Shown: piece by piece, positions 16,111 to 24,609 of the stretch
Position numbering within the stretch: the first letter of the stretch is position 1
How the letters are laid out: every line of letters starts with the position of its first letter
Assembly (NCBI GenBank): GCA_038858525.1
Contig: JAWCFL010000006.1
Location: 1 to 32,000, forward strand
Source: Candidatus Jordarchaeales archaeon
GTDB lineage: Archaea; Asgardarchaeota; Jordiarchaeia; Jordiarchaeales; Freyrarchaeaceae
Length of the DNA stretch: 32,000 nt
Reading direction: 5' to 3'
Translations under genes and position numbers: made by a program
Notes under the pieces: model-generated
The model's database searches: none
Seen by the model: only the letters and a program-made list of their open reading frames with translations
What the model was told of the DNA's origin: nothing

Positions 16111-16794
16111 ATGAAGCCCTTGAAAGTTCTTGAAGGTGTTTTCCTAGTTGGAGGTGCGGGGATTTCCCACGAGGCTGACTGCTGCATCTATTTGGTCGAT
16201 ATAGATGGAAGCCTCGTGCTAATAGACTCTGGTGTTGGGGTTGACACTGAGAGAATAGTTGAAAACGTGAAAAAGGCCGGTTACAACCCTGAAGACTTAG
16301 AGTACCTTATAGGTACCCATAAGCACATAGACCATATAGGTGGAAACTGGTTTTTCAGGAACTCATTCGGCTGCAAGGTTGTGATGCATGAGCTGGACGC
16401 CGGTGCCGTGGAGTCGGGGGACCAGTTTACGACAGGAGCGCAACTTTATGGCGTGAAACTCCACCCTTGTGAAGTCGACATGAAAATTAGCCGGACAACA
16501 AGCTTAATCGTTGGGCAATTCAGCCTCAGTCTAATTCATACTCCGGGGCACACACCGGGAAGCATAAGCGTCCTCCTAGAAAAAGAAGGCAAGCGTGTCC
16601 TTTTCGGCCAGGATATTCATGGCCCTATAGAGCCGTCATGGGGCTCCGACGTCGACCAATACTGTGATTCGATGAAGCTTCTACTCTCCCTCAACGCTGA
16701 CATACTGTGCGAAGGACACTTTGGAATATACACTTCCCCTGAAAAAGTCAAGGCGTACATAGAAAGGTACATGAAGATCTATGGATGCAAATAA
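16111..16794 (+). CDS. MBL-fold metallo-hydrolase
   Basis: LIDSG, THKHIDHIGG (HxHxDH), HTPGHTPGS, FGQD, EGH. Confidence 0.92.
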   Translation: MKPLKVLEGVFLVGGAGISHEADCCIYLVDIDGSLVLIDSGVGVDTERIVENVKKAGYNPEDLEYLIGTHKHIDHIGGNWFFRNSFGCKVVMHELDAGAVESGDQFTTGAQLYGVKLHPCEVDMKISRTTSLIVGQFSLSLIHTPGHTPGSISVLLEKEGKRVLFGQDIHGPIEPSWGSDVDQYCDSMKLLLSLNADILCEGHFGIYTSPEKVKAYIERYMKIYGCK

Positions 16795-17323
16795 GTCTTT
16801 AGGCTTAAAGGCCCCTCACCATGCTGCCCAAATCACCTTTTCTCTTTTTCGTTGTCTCTCTGTTGCTTCGGTTTATTTTTACGCTACCCTGTTATTAAGC
16901 AGAGGTGTCGTCGCTATTATGCATATCGATAAACTTCTCTAATAGGTAAACGCGTCCGGCAAAGTGGCACCCTATCTGGTTAAGAATTATTGCTTGTAAC
17001 CACACTACTGAAGTCTTGCCGTCATTACGAGCCATAACCCCCGAAACACGTGATGTCGGACTGCGCACCGTAAGCCTCAGCTAAAACCTTTACCCCTCGA
17101 ATTAGGCTCCTCCCGCAGTAGTTGAATTAATAGTTGAGTCTGCCTCCTTAAGATTCTCTAAATCGTCATTTGACTCGAACTTCAAAAGGTAGCATCTTAA
17201 AACTTAAACTCATTAGTACCTCTCAATTAATTTTCCCTGTTTTTAGGCAACAAAAGTTAATTGCAACATGAAAAATTTATTTTTCTTTTTGTCTTTTTAT
17301 TACTGCGCTGGAGGAGGGTGTAA

Positions 17324-19615
17324 TTGCTGGTTGTTGGAAGCCATGCTTTCACGCGTCTCTCTTCCCTTTTGGGCATTCTCTTCTCCTTCTCTGCGGTTCT
17401 CGGCATGCGCTTTCAAGTCGAGTCGCTGACTCCCCTCGTCCTCTCGTCACTCATTTCACCTCTCTCCCTCCTACTCTTAGTTCTCTCCGTATTCTTTTTT
17501 TCGTTCCCTATAGTGGTCGATGGCCGAAACAACATTAACTATATTATCCCTGCAGGAACACAAGTCCTCTTGTCTTACATGGTAACTTTGTCGGGATGCA
17601 CTGTGCTTCTGAGAATTCAGAGTTTCTCCTTGACAGTTTGGGATGGATACACGAGACAGATTATGTTGATTCTGCCCGCATTCTTCTACTTCGTAAGCTG
17701 GCTTCGCTCCCTTAAAGGGTTCTCCTCTATAAAAGAATATCTTCCATTAGCAGTAGCGGCTTCCTCTCTCTTCTTCTTATCGCTCCATGAACAATCTCCA
17801 ATATTAATTCCGGGCGCTGAATCATACCTTTTTGTTTTTCCAACAGGCACTACCTCCTCCACTATGGTTGCCTCCCTCCTAGTTTTCGCCTGCGGCCTAA
17901 TAGGCATAACCCCCCCAACGAGAAGTTTAACGGGAAAAATCGCTACCGCTTTAACATTCGCCCCAACAATTTCTCTCTCAGTCTCCGAATCGTTGGCCGC
18001 CGAGAAAGCAGCCTCAATTTTAGGAGTTTACGACAACCTAATCCACTCCGCTTTCCCTCTACACTTCAACTTTTTCATCTGCCTTTCGCTCACCGCGCTC
18101 CTAGGAGGAGTAGCCCTCTCTTCAAACAGAAGAACAAAGCAGTGCGCTCTCCTCTCCTGCACAGCCTTCGTACTCCTTTACCCAACATTATACCGGCTAC
18201 TATCCCAACCTCTTAAACCCGTAGCAGTCGAGCCAGCCCCCCTCACGTGGCTCACCGTAATCTTAGCCGCCCTAATACTCCTCCACCCTACCCGACTACC
18301 CAAGGTTCTTCCAGCATTACTCCTTGTCCCCATTCTCCTCTCTTCCTTACCCATATACGCTTCAGCATCTCCATCCCCCTTAATTCCGTTAAACAACACG
18401 ATAAGTGTAGATGACCGAATAGATCCAGCCATACTAGAAATGGAAGGAACACCGGGGCCAATACATGTAATACTACGTTTTTCATCATTAACAGACGACA
18501 CACTAGAAAAGCTGAACAAGACGCCCTACTTTGAAATATCCTATCATGAAAGCAAGCCTGCAGTCTACAGGGGATACGTCAACTTAGTCTACGGTGTACT
18601 TAACGCATCAACAGACAACTGGAAGGATCTAGTTAGAAAACTGGTGAGCAACTTCAATTTAATATACGTCCTCCTTAATAGGAACCCGTCAGAAACACCG
18701 AGCTTCAACTCCGACCCCGCAGTCTATTCTGTTGACGCGGATGTGCTTCACTCTTTAAACATAACTGGGAGAGGGGTGACGGTCGCAGTCATAGACTCAG
18801 GAATCAACGACGCAGACCCAGAAATAACAGGGAAAAACGAAGGACGCATAATATACCAGGTGAACTTCATAACAAGAATGGAAGGCGACCCGGCTTTAGT
18901 TGGCGACTTGACTCCAACAGACGGAAAGTACCATGGAACATTTGTTGCGAGAACTATAGCTGGAGTTAGGGGGATAGCGCCCCACGCCAACCTCATAGAC
19001 CTCAAAGTCCAGCTAGAAATGGGAGAAATGTACTACGATACGAGCCTACGAATAATTGAAGCTATAGAGTGGTGCATCAAAAATAAAGACAGGTTCAATA
19101 TATCTGTAATCAACCTAAGCATGGGTAACAGAGAAGGAACAGGTGGCACGATAGATAAAGCAGTAAACAAGGCAGTCTTAGCCGGAATAACTGTGGTCGC
19201 CGCAGCAGGAACATGGCTTAACCCAACTGAAATCCAAATTAACTCTATATTTACACCCGGAACAGCATCCCTCGCCGTCACTGTTGGGGCAACGCAGAGT
19301 TACGATAATGATGTTTGGGCCTACTTGCCGGCAAGCGCCATAGGGCCAGGATGGACGGCGCCCAAACCAGACCTGGTGGCACCAGGACCATACACTAGCG
19401 GCTCAGCGCCCATCGTCGCAGGAGTATCTGCCCTTTTGCATCAAGCAGCCGCCGAACTCAACATACCTCAAAGCGTCAAAGGTCTTATAGTGAAACAAGC
19501 TTTAATACAAGGCGCAATCCGCCACGATCTTGGAACACCAGGGTTTGACCCCCTCTATGGACACGGTAAAGTTAACGCTCTTTCATCATACTTAACATTA
19601 AAGAATTTTTCATAG
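17324..19615 (+). CDS. S8 (subtilisin-like) serine peptidase with N-terminal polytopic membrane domain, paralog 1
   Basis: About 10-11 predicted TM helices, a prodomain-like segment (IDP.IL...VILRF), then VAVIDSG, YHGTFVA, VINLSMG, KPDLVAPG, TSGSAP, YGHGKVNA. Confidence 0.85.
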   Translation: MLVVGSHAFTRLSSLLGILFSFSAVLGMRFQVESLTPLVLSSLISPLSLLLLVLSVFFFSFPIVVDGRNNINYIIPAGTQVLLSYMVTLSGCTVLLRIQSFSLTVWDGYTRQIMLILPAFFYFVSWLRSLKGFSSIKEYLPLAVAASSLFFLSLHEQSPILIPGAESYLFVFPTGTTSSTMVASLLVFACGLIGITPPTRSLTGKIATALTFAPTISLSVSESLAAEKAASILGVYDNLIHSAFPLHFNFFICLSLTALLGGVALSSNRRTKQCALLSCTAFVLLYPTLYRLLSQPLKPVAVEPAPLTWLTVILAALILLHPTRLPKVLPALLLVPILLSSLPIYASASPSPLIPLNNTISVDDRIDPAILEMEGTPGPIHVILRFSSLTDDTLEKLNKTPYFEISYHESKPAVYRGYVNLVYGVLNASTDNWKDLVRKLVSNFNLIYVLLNRNPSETPSFNSDPAVYSVDADVLHSLNITGRGVTVAVIDSGINDADPEITGKNEGRIIYQVNFITRMEGDPALVGDLTPTDGKYHGTFVARTIAGVRGIAPHANLIDLKVQLEMGEMYYDTSLRIIEAIEWCIKNKDRFNISVINLSMGNREGTGGTIDKAVNKAVLAGITVVAAAGTWLNPTEIQINSIFTPGTASLAVTVGATQSYDNDVWAYLPASAIGPGWTAPKPDLVAPGPYTSGSAPIVAGVSALLHQAAAELNIPQSVKGLIVKQALIQGAIRHDLGTPGFDPLYGHGKVNALSSYLTLKNFS
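18725..19014 (+). repeat. 290-bp direct repeat, copy 1 (identical to 21216-21505)
   Basis: Base-by-base comparison at offset 2491. The ORF track also gives identical antisense ORFs at 18748-19005 and 21239-21496. Confidence 0.95.
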
Positions 19616-19775
19616 ACCACTTATCTCCTTTTATTTAGGTTCCTCCCTTTGAAAGCTTAACTTTGCCTCAGTCAAATCCATTATAAGTTGAAAAGTTATC
19701 AATGAATATTAGTTAATCATCGGTAATCCGCTCCCCTCTATACTAGGATGGGGGGGAGTTGGGGGGGTCTGGAGC

Positions 19776-22109
19776 GTGTATCTGTTACTTATTAAAAGTA
19801 AGCTTAAAAGCGCTCTTCAAAATTCCGCATGCAGGATGTTTTTAATTCTTTCAGGCTGGTCTCTTGCCGTCTTTTCTATGTTGAGCGTAAGCGTTCGCGT
19901 TGAGTGTTTTGCCCCTCCAGTCTTAGTTCTATCTGCTTTGCCGTTTTCCCTCTTTTATCTTGTCGCCTCGGCAGTCTTACTATCTCTCCTTGTGGCTTTT
20001 GGAAATCGATCAAACTTGGATTATGTGCTGTGCTCAGGCACGCAATTGGCTACATTGTACTTTGTGGCTTTTTTCGATGCTACGACGCTGATCCGCATAG
20101 GATCCTTGTCTCTCACCATATACGACGAACACACGCAGCAATTACTCCTCGTTCTTCCTGCACTAATCTATTTTTCTTCTTGGCTTCGAGCTACAAGAAA
20201 ATTTTCTAACCTAAAAGAATGTCTTCCTACTGCTTTATCATCCCTCCTTCTCTTAGCTCTATACCTTTACAGTCCTCAATCCTTAACTTTAATCTGGTCC
20301 GACTTATGTCTAACTAAAATGCCTAGAATTACTCCTCCATCTGTCGCTACTGGGGCACTATTCGTCCTCGCTTCAACCTTCGTCGGCCTAAGACGTTATC
20401 AAAAAGCCTCAAAGGAGAAGCTGTCCGCCGTCTTGACTCTAATGCCTGCGTTCCTCATAGCCCTATCCGGTTCGATTGCCGCTAAAACGACTGCATACAT
20501 TATTGGCTATTACGACCACATTCTTCACTCCCTTTTTCCTCTACATTTCAACCTTTTTGTGTTTCTTTCATTCGTCTCATTCATGGGGGGCTTAGCTGTT
20601 CTTTCCACAAAAAGAGCAGAACTAGCAGCATCGATTTTTTGTATTCTCTTCGCCATTTCATATCCAGTCCTGCATAGAGTGATGACCAAGTTACTTATTC
20701 CGGTCTCTTTTGAGCCCGCCCCCCTTGTATGGCTCCCGGTGGCATTAATCTCCCTAATTCTCTTTCGCCCACATTCCTTCATTAAGAGCTCTTTTTTAGC
20801 AATAGCACTAGTCGCCTTAGTAGCCCAACCTCTAGTAACAACTTATCCGTCAGAAATAGTGAATCCCTTTATGCTGTCTGCTAAGGAGGCTGAAGTCCGC
20901 GATAAAATAGACCCATCTATTATAAATATGGAGCAACCGCCAGAAGCACTGCCGGTAATACTACGCTTTCCTCACCCAGTAAATGAAGATGTGCTCTCTG
21001 AGCTGAATATGCTCCCATACTTCAAAATCTCAAGACACAATGAAACACCTGCAATTTACAGTTCAAACGTCGGCTTCGTTTACGGAGTAATAAACACGTC
21101 GCTCTGTGACTGGCGGGAAGCTTCTAAATTCCTTGTAGAAAAATTCGGTCTCAAATACCTCCTCCTGGACAGAGGAATTGATCCGTCACAAATAATTAGC
21201 CTTCATCCAATAACTTATTCTGTTGACGCGGATGTGCTTCACTCTTTAAACATAACTGGGAGAGGGGTGACGGTCGCAGTCATAGACTCAGGAATCAACG
21301 ACGCAGACCCAGAAATAACAGGGAAAAACGAAGGACGCATAATATACCAGGTGAACTTCATAACAAGAATGGAAGGCGACCCGGCTTTAGTTGGCGACTT
21401 GACTCCAACAGACGGAAAGTACCATGGAACATTTGTTGCGAGAACTATAGCTGGAGTTAGGGGGATAGCGCCCCACGCCAACCTCATAGACCTCAAAGTC
21501 CAGCTTGAGACGGGGGAAATGAGTTACGCAGACAGTTTGCGTGTAGCTGAAGCTATAGAGTGGTGCATAAGAAACAAGGATCGGTTCAATATCTCAGTGA
21601 TAAACTTAAGTATGGGTAATAGAGAAGGGAGAGATGGAGGACTTGTGTGTAAAGCAGTGGAACGAGCTAGCCTAGCAGGAATAATTTTCGTGGCGGCAGC
21701 CGGGTCGTATTCAAACCCATCTGAGAGCTATGCTAACCCCGTTTTTACACCCGGAGTAAGCAAACAAGCGATAGCTGTCGGATCAACGCAAAGCTATGAC
21801 TGCGACCTTTGGGCCTGTTTCCCCGCAAGTGCTATAGGACCGGGATGGATCAAGCTTAAGCCGGATCTGGTGGCGCCGGGACCATACACTAGCGGGTCGA
21901 CGCCTGTAGTTGCAGGCATAGCGGCCCTTCTATGCCAAGCCGCTGAAGAGCTAAACATACCTCAAAACACTAGACCTATCGCTGTAAAATATGCTTTGCT
22001 GCAAGGGGCCGTACAAAACGACTTAGGACTACCCGGGTTTGACCCATTCTATGGTTATGGAAAAGCAAATGCTCTTTCATCATATCTAGCGCTAAAGACT
22101 CTTACATGA
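19776..22109 (+). CDS. S8 (subtilisin-like) serine peptidase with N-terminal polytopic membrane domain, paralog 2
   Basis: Same architecture as paralog 1; VAVIDSG, YHGTFVA, AAAGS, KPDLVAPG, TSGSTP. Confidence 0.85.
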   Translation: MYLLLIKSKLKSALQNSACRMFLILSGWSLAVFSMLSVSVRVECFAPPVLVLSALPFSLFYLVASAVLLSLLVAFGNRSNLDYVLCSGTQLATLYFVAFFDATTLIRIGSLSLTIYDEHTQQLLLVLPALIYFSSWLRATRKFSNLKECLPTALSSLLLLALYLYSPQSLTLIWSDLCLTKMPRITPPSVATGALFVLASTFVGLRRYQKASKEKLSAVLTLMPAFLIALSGSIAAKTTAYIIGYYDHILHSLFPLHFNLFVFLSFVSFMGGLAVLSTKRAELAASIFCILFAISYPVLHRVMTKLLIPVSFEPAPLVWLPVALISLILFRPHSFIKSSFLAIALVALVAQPLVTTYPSEIVNPFMLSAKEAEVRDKIDPSIINMEQPPEALPVILRFPHPVNEDVLSELNMLPYFKISRHNETPAIYSSNVGFVYGVINTSLCDWREASKFLVEKFGLKYLLLDRGIDPSQIISLHPITYSVDADVLHSLNITGRGVTVAVIDSGINDADPEITGKNEGRIIYQVNFITRMEGDPALVGDLTPTDGKYHGTFVARTIAGVRGIAPHANLIDLKVQLETGEMSYADSLRVAEAIEWCIRNKDRFNISVINLSMGNREGRDGGLVCKAVERASLAGIIFVAAAGSYSNPSESYANPVFTPGVSKQAIAVGSTQSYDCDLWACFPASAIGPGWIKLKPDLVAPGPYTSGSTPVVAGIAALLCQAAEELNIPQNTRPIAVKYALLQGAVQNDLGLPGFDPFYGYGKANALSSYLALKTLT
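21216..21505 (+). repeat. 290-bp direct repeat, copy 2 (identical to 18725-19014)
   Basis: See copy 1. Confidence 0.95.
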
Positions 22110-22137
22110 CGCACTAATGGTATGTTTTCAGTGATGA

Positions 22138-22833
22138 TTGGTTAAAGGAGGAAGAATTTTGAGTTATATGAGCGTTATCTTTGGAGGGGGGCGATTTGGA
22201 TGCGTTGCTGCGGAGTACTTGTTACGCCGTTCCGAGCCGTTCATAGTGGTTGATGAATATGAAGGTTGTCTCGCGGCAAAAAACCTTCCACTTAAGAAGA
22301 TCAGCTCGGATGAAGTAGAGCCCATTGATCCCTCGAAAAATTACTTCCTGAAAGGAAGCGTGAGGCTCGCTCTGAACTTGATTGAAAAACTTAAACCGAA
22401 ACTTGTATTTCCTACAGCTCCCATACACGTGGCAGCATCACTGGTGGCGGAAAAGTATGGCATGGTAGAATGGGAAGAAGCCATCGAACCTTTAGCGTTG
22501 CGTATTCCTTCATCTGTTGTGGTATCCGTGAGCAGAGCGACAATAGTAACCTCCTATAACAAAGATGCCATCTGTCAGCCAGCATGTGTGGCACCAGAGG
22601 CCTGCCCGATTACAGGCATGAAGAAGCCTTATCCCATGCATGAACTCCTAAGAGTAGCGGCTCCTAACGGGATAATACTCAGAAGCTACCAGCTGGAGCC
22701 AGGCTTAGGCGCCCTGGACGGCGGCGAGCTACTTGACGCTTTGAAAGCATGCGGGCGAAGCAACAGAGTAATCATTGGAACAGCATGCGAGTGTCATGGC
22801 GTGATCACCGCCCTCAAAAAGCCCGCCTTATAA
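22138..22833 (+). CDS. Rossmann-like dinucleotide-binding protein with Cys-rich C-terminus, function unknown
   Basis: VIFGGGRFG (GxGxxG) with VVDE at the end of beta2; CQPACVAPEACP and GTACECHG motifs. True start may be 22159 or 22168. Confidence 0.7.
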   Translation: MVKGGRILSYMSVIFGGGRFGCVAAEYLLRRSEPFIVVDEYEGCLAAKNLPLKKISSDEVEPIDPSKNYFLKGSVRLALNLIEKLKPKLVFPTAPIHVAASLVAEKYGMVEWEEAIEPLALRIPSSVVVSVSRATIVTSYNKDAICQPACVAPEACPITGMKKPYPMHELLRVAAPNGIILRSYQLEPGLGALDGGELLDALKACGRSNRVIIGTACECHGVITALKKPAL

Positions 22834-22955
22834 CCGACTTTTATCAATGAAATTTTCCTCCTAAGGTCTTTCTCAGCGTAGCCGGTTTTTGATAGGTAAA
22901 TTAAAAAAGGACATTGTTCATCTGAATTAAAGTAGTTGCCTTTGGAGGGTTTTCC

Positions 22956-23192
22956 ATGGGATTTTTATCGCTAACCCTGCTCGCTATACCCATATTGATC
23001 CTTTTTGGATTATACAGGAAGTTCGGGAACCCGTTTAACCCTAAGAACGTGGATCGAAGAATAACCGCCTCCCTGATCCTCATAGCAATAGGCATAATAC
23101 TGCTTGCAGTCTTCGGCCACCCTATAAACCAACCTGAGTGGCTCACCAACCTGCTAGAATCCTACAAGTTATTTAGCAGTCTCCAAATTTAA
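22956..23192 (+). CDS. Small membrane protein, 78 aa (2 TM)
   Basis: GGAGGG RBS upstream of ATG, two hydrophobic helices, stop overlaps the stop of a convergent small ORF. Confidence 0.6.
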   Translation: MGFLSLTLLAIPILILFGLYRKFGNPFNPKNVDRRITASLILIAIGIILLAVFGHPINQPEWLTNLLESYKLFSSLQI

Positions 23193-23302
23193 TAATCAAG
23201 TAACACAGAAGCAACATCTCGTAAATAGACAACTACATCAAAATTCTTAGCGTTCTCCCCAAGAAACCCTGCCGCATCACTGATTTCCCTCTCCGTGCTC
23301 AT
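23189..23302 (-). CDS. Small protein, 37 aa (MSTEREISDAAGFLGENAKNFDVVVYLRDVASVLLDY), below the ORF-track cutoff
   Basis: AGGAGG RBS 11 nt upstream of ATG. TAA overlaps the convergent 78-aa ORF stop at TTAA 23189-23192. Confidence 0.55.
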   Translation of the reverse strand: MSTEREISDAAGFLGENAKNFDVVVYLRDVASVLLDY

Positions 23303-23588
23303 AAAATTAGTATCCTCCTAAAAATCACTTTTAACAAAAGCTTGTCACAATAAAACTAAAACTACTTTGCTAAAGAAATTTCTTCTTCTATCATCAATTT
23401 TTTAATACTCGACAAGTTTCTACATGAATACACTCTTCTCTTAAGCGTGAGTGTTGCGTGTTTAACCTAATTTTTAGGATGCCTTCTCGGAGGTAAACTT
23501 AGTATTGCCGCTTTCCTTCTTAAAAACATGTATGAGAATTCTAATGACTCCTTTGCAAAGTGTCAGGTGTTTCTGAGGAGGTTTTGTC

Positions 23589-24605
23589 TTGACCGAGTTG
23601 AGGCGTGACTATCTGGCTGAAAGATGGGTTGTGATCGCTAGGGAAAGAGCTATGCGCCCCTCAGACCTTAAAGTTGAAGGAATACACCAGTCTCCAAGTA
23701 GTATTTGCCCCTTCTGCCCGGGGAACGAGCACATGACTCTTCCTGCCACACTCCTTTACTTGGAGAGGGACGGTGAGCTGGTTGTTAAGGCTGAAAGTGA
23801 CAGTGAAAGGTTGAAGGGTTGGCTCGTCCGCGTAATTCCCAACATGTACCCTGCCTTAAGGCCCAACGTAAACCCCGCTAGGCATTGTGAGGGATTCATG
23901 GTTCGTGTCGGAGGGATGGGTGCACATGAAGTTATAATTGAAACACCGGAGCATGATACTCAATTTTGCGACTTAAGTGACCGCCAATTGTTTTTAGTTT
24001 TTAAGGCGTATACTGAAAGGTTCAAGGCTCTGGCATCTCTTCCCCACGTAAAATATGTGAGCCTCTTCAGAAATTATGGTAAAGAAGCTGGAGCAAGCCT
24101 CTCGCACCCTCACTCTCAAATAATCGCCACACCTATAATTCCGCCTAGAATATCAGAGGAAACGGCGTCGTTTAAGGAGCGATGGAATGGTTCCTCATGC
24201 ATCCTTGATGAGGTTCTTGAGCAAGAAGCCAGCTCGGAAAGGTTTGTGGACGAGAACGAGTTTGCGGTAGCCTTCTGCCCTTACGCTCCTATCGCTCCAT
24301 TCGAAGTTTGGGTCGTCCCAAAAAGGCACATTAAAAACATACTTGAACTTTCCGAAAAAGAGATGCTCTCCTTTGCACGTCTAACCAGAAAGGTGCTGAA
24401 GGCAATACACATTATCCTTAATGACCCACCGTACAATTACACTTTCCACCAGTCCATCCTTGACGAGGAGTATCACATGCATCTGCGGGTTCTCCCAAGA
24501 CTTTCAATCTTCGCAGGCTTCGAATTTAACACTGGCATAGTAATAAACACAATTCCTCCCGAAGAAGCAGCCTCCCAAATAGGGGGAGTCATGAAAGAAA
24601 TATAG
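23589..24605 (+). CDS. galT: Galactose-1-phosphate uridylyltransferase
   Basis: TELRRDYL..RWV, CPFCPGNE, RVIPNMYPAL, HEVIIETPEH, GASLSHPHSQ (HPH), YHMHLRVLPR. Confidence 0.93.
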   Translation: MTELRRDYLAERWVVIARERAMRPSDLKVEGIHQSPSSICPFCPGNEHMTLPATLLYLERDGELVVKAESDSERLKGWLVRVIPNMYPALRPNVNPARHCEGFMVRVGGMGAHEVIIETPEHDTQFCDLSDRQLFLVFKAYTERFKALASLPHVKYVSLFRNYGKEAGASLSHPHSQIIATPIIPPRISEETASFKERWNGSSCILDEVLEQEASSERFVDENEFAVAFCPYAPIAPFEVWVVPKRHIKNILELSEKEMLSFARLTRKVLKAIHIILNDPPYNYTFHQSILDEEYHMHLRVLPRLSIFAGFEFNTGIVINTIPPEEAASQIGGVMKEI

Positions 24606-24609
24606 CTTT

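Noticed and set aside
16795-17323. About 530-bp intergenic region with short minus-strand frames
   Set aside because: No recognisable ORF, RNA structure or repeat array; probably promoter/terminator plus decayed sequence.
19733-19770. G-rich run (GGGGGGAGTTGGGGGGG) between the S8 paralogs
   Set aside because: Explained adequately by a short hairpin and RBS region; no support for a G-quadruplex function.
18748-21496. Two identical 85-aa antisense ORFs (18748-19005, 21239-21496)
   Set aside because: A by-product of the 290-bp identical block in the S8 genes, not separate genes.
22131-22137. GTGATGA resembling a C/D-box sRNA C box (similar strings near 487-493 and 23390, minus strand)
   Set aside because: No properly spaced CTGA D box or guide architecture; overlaps start-codon regions.
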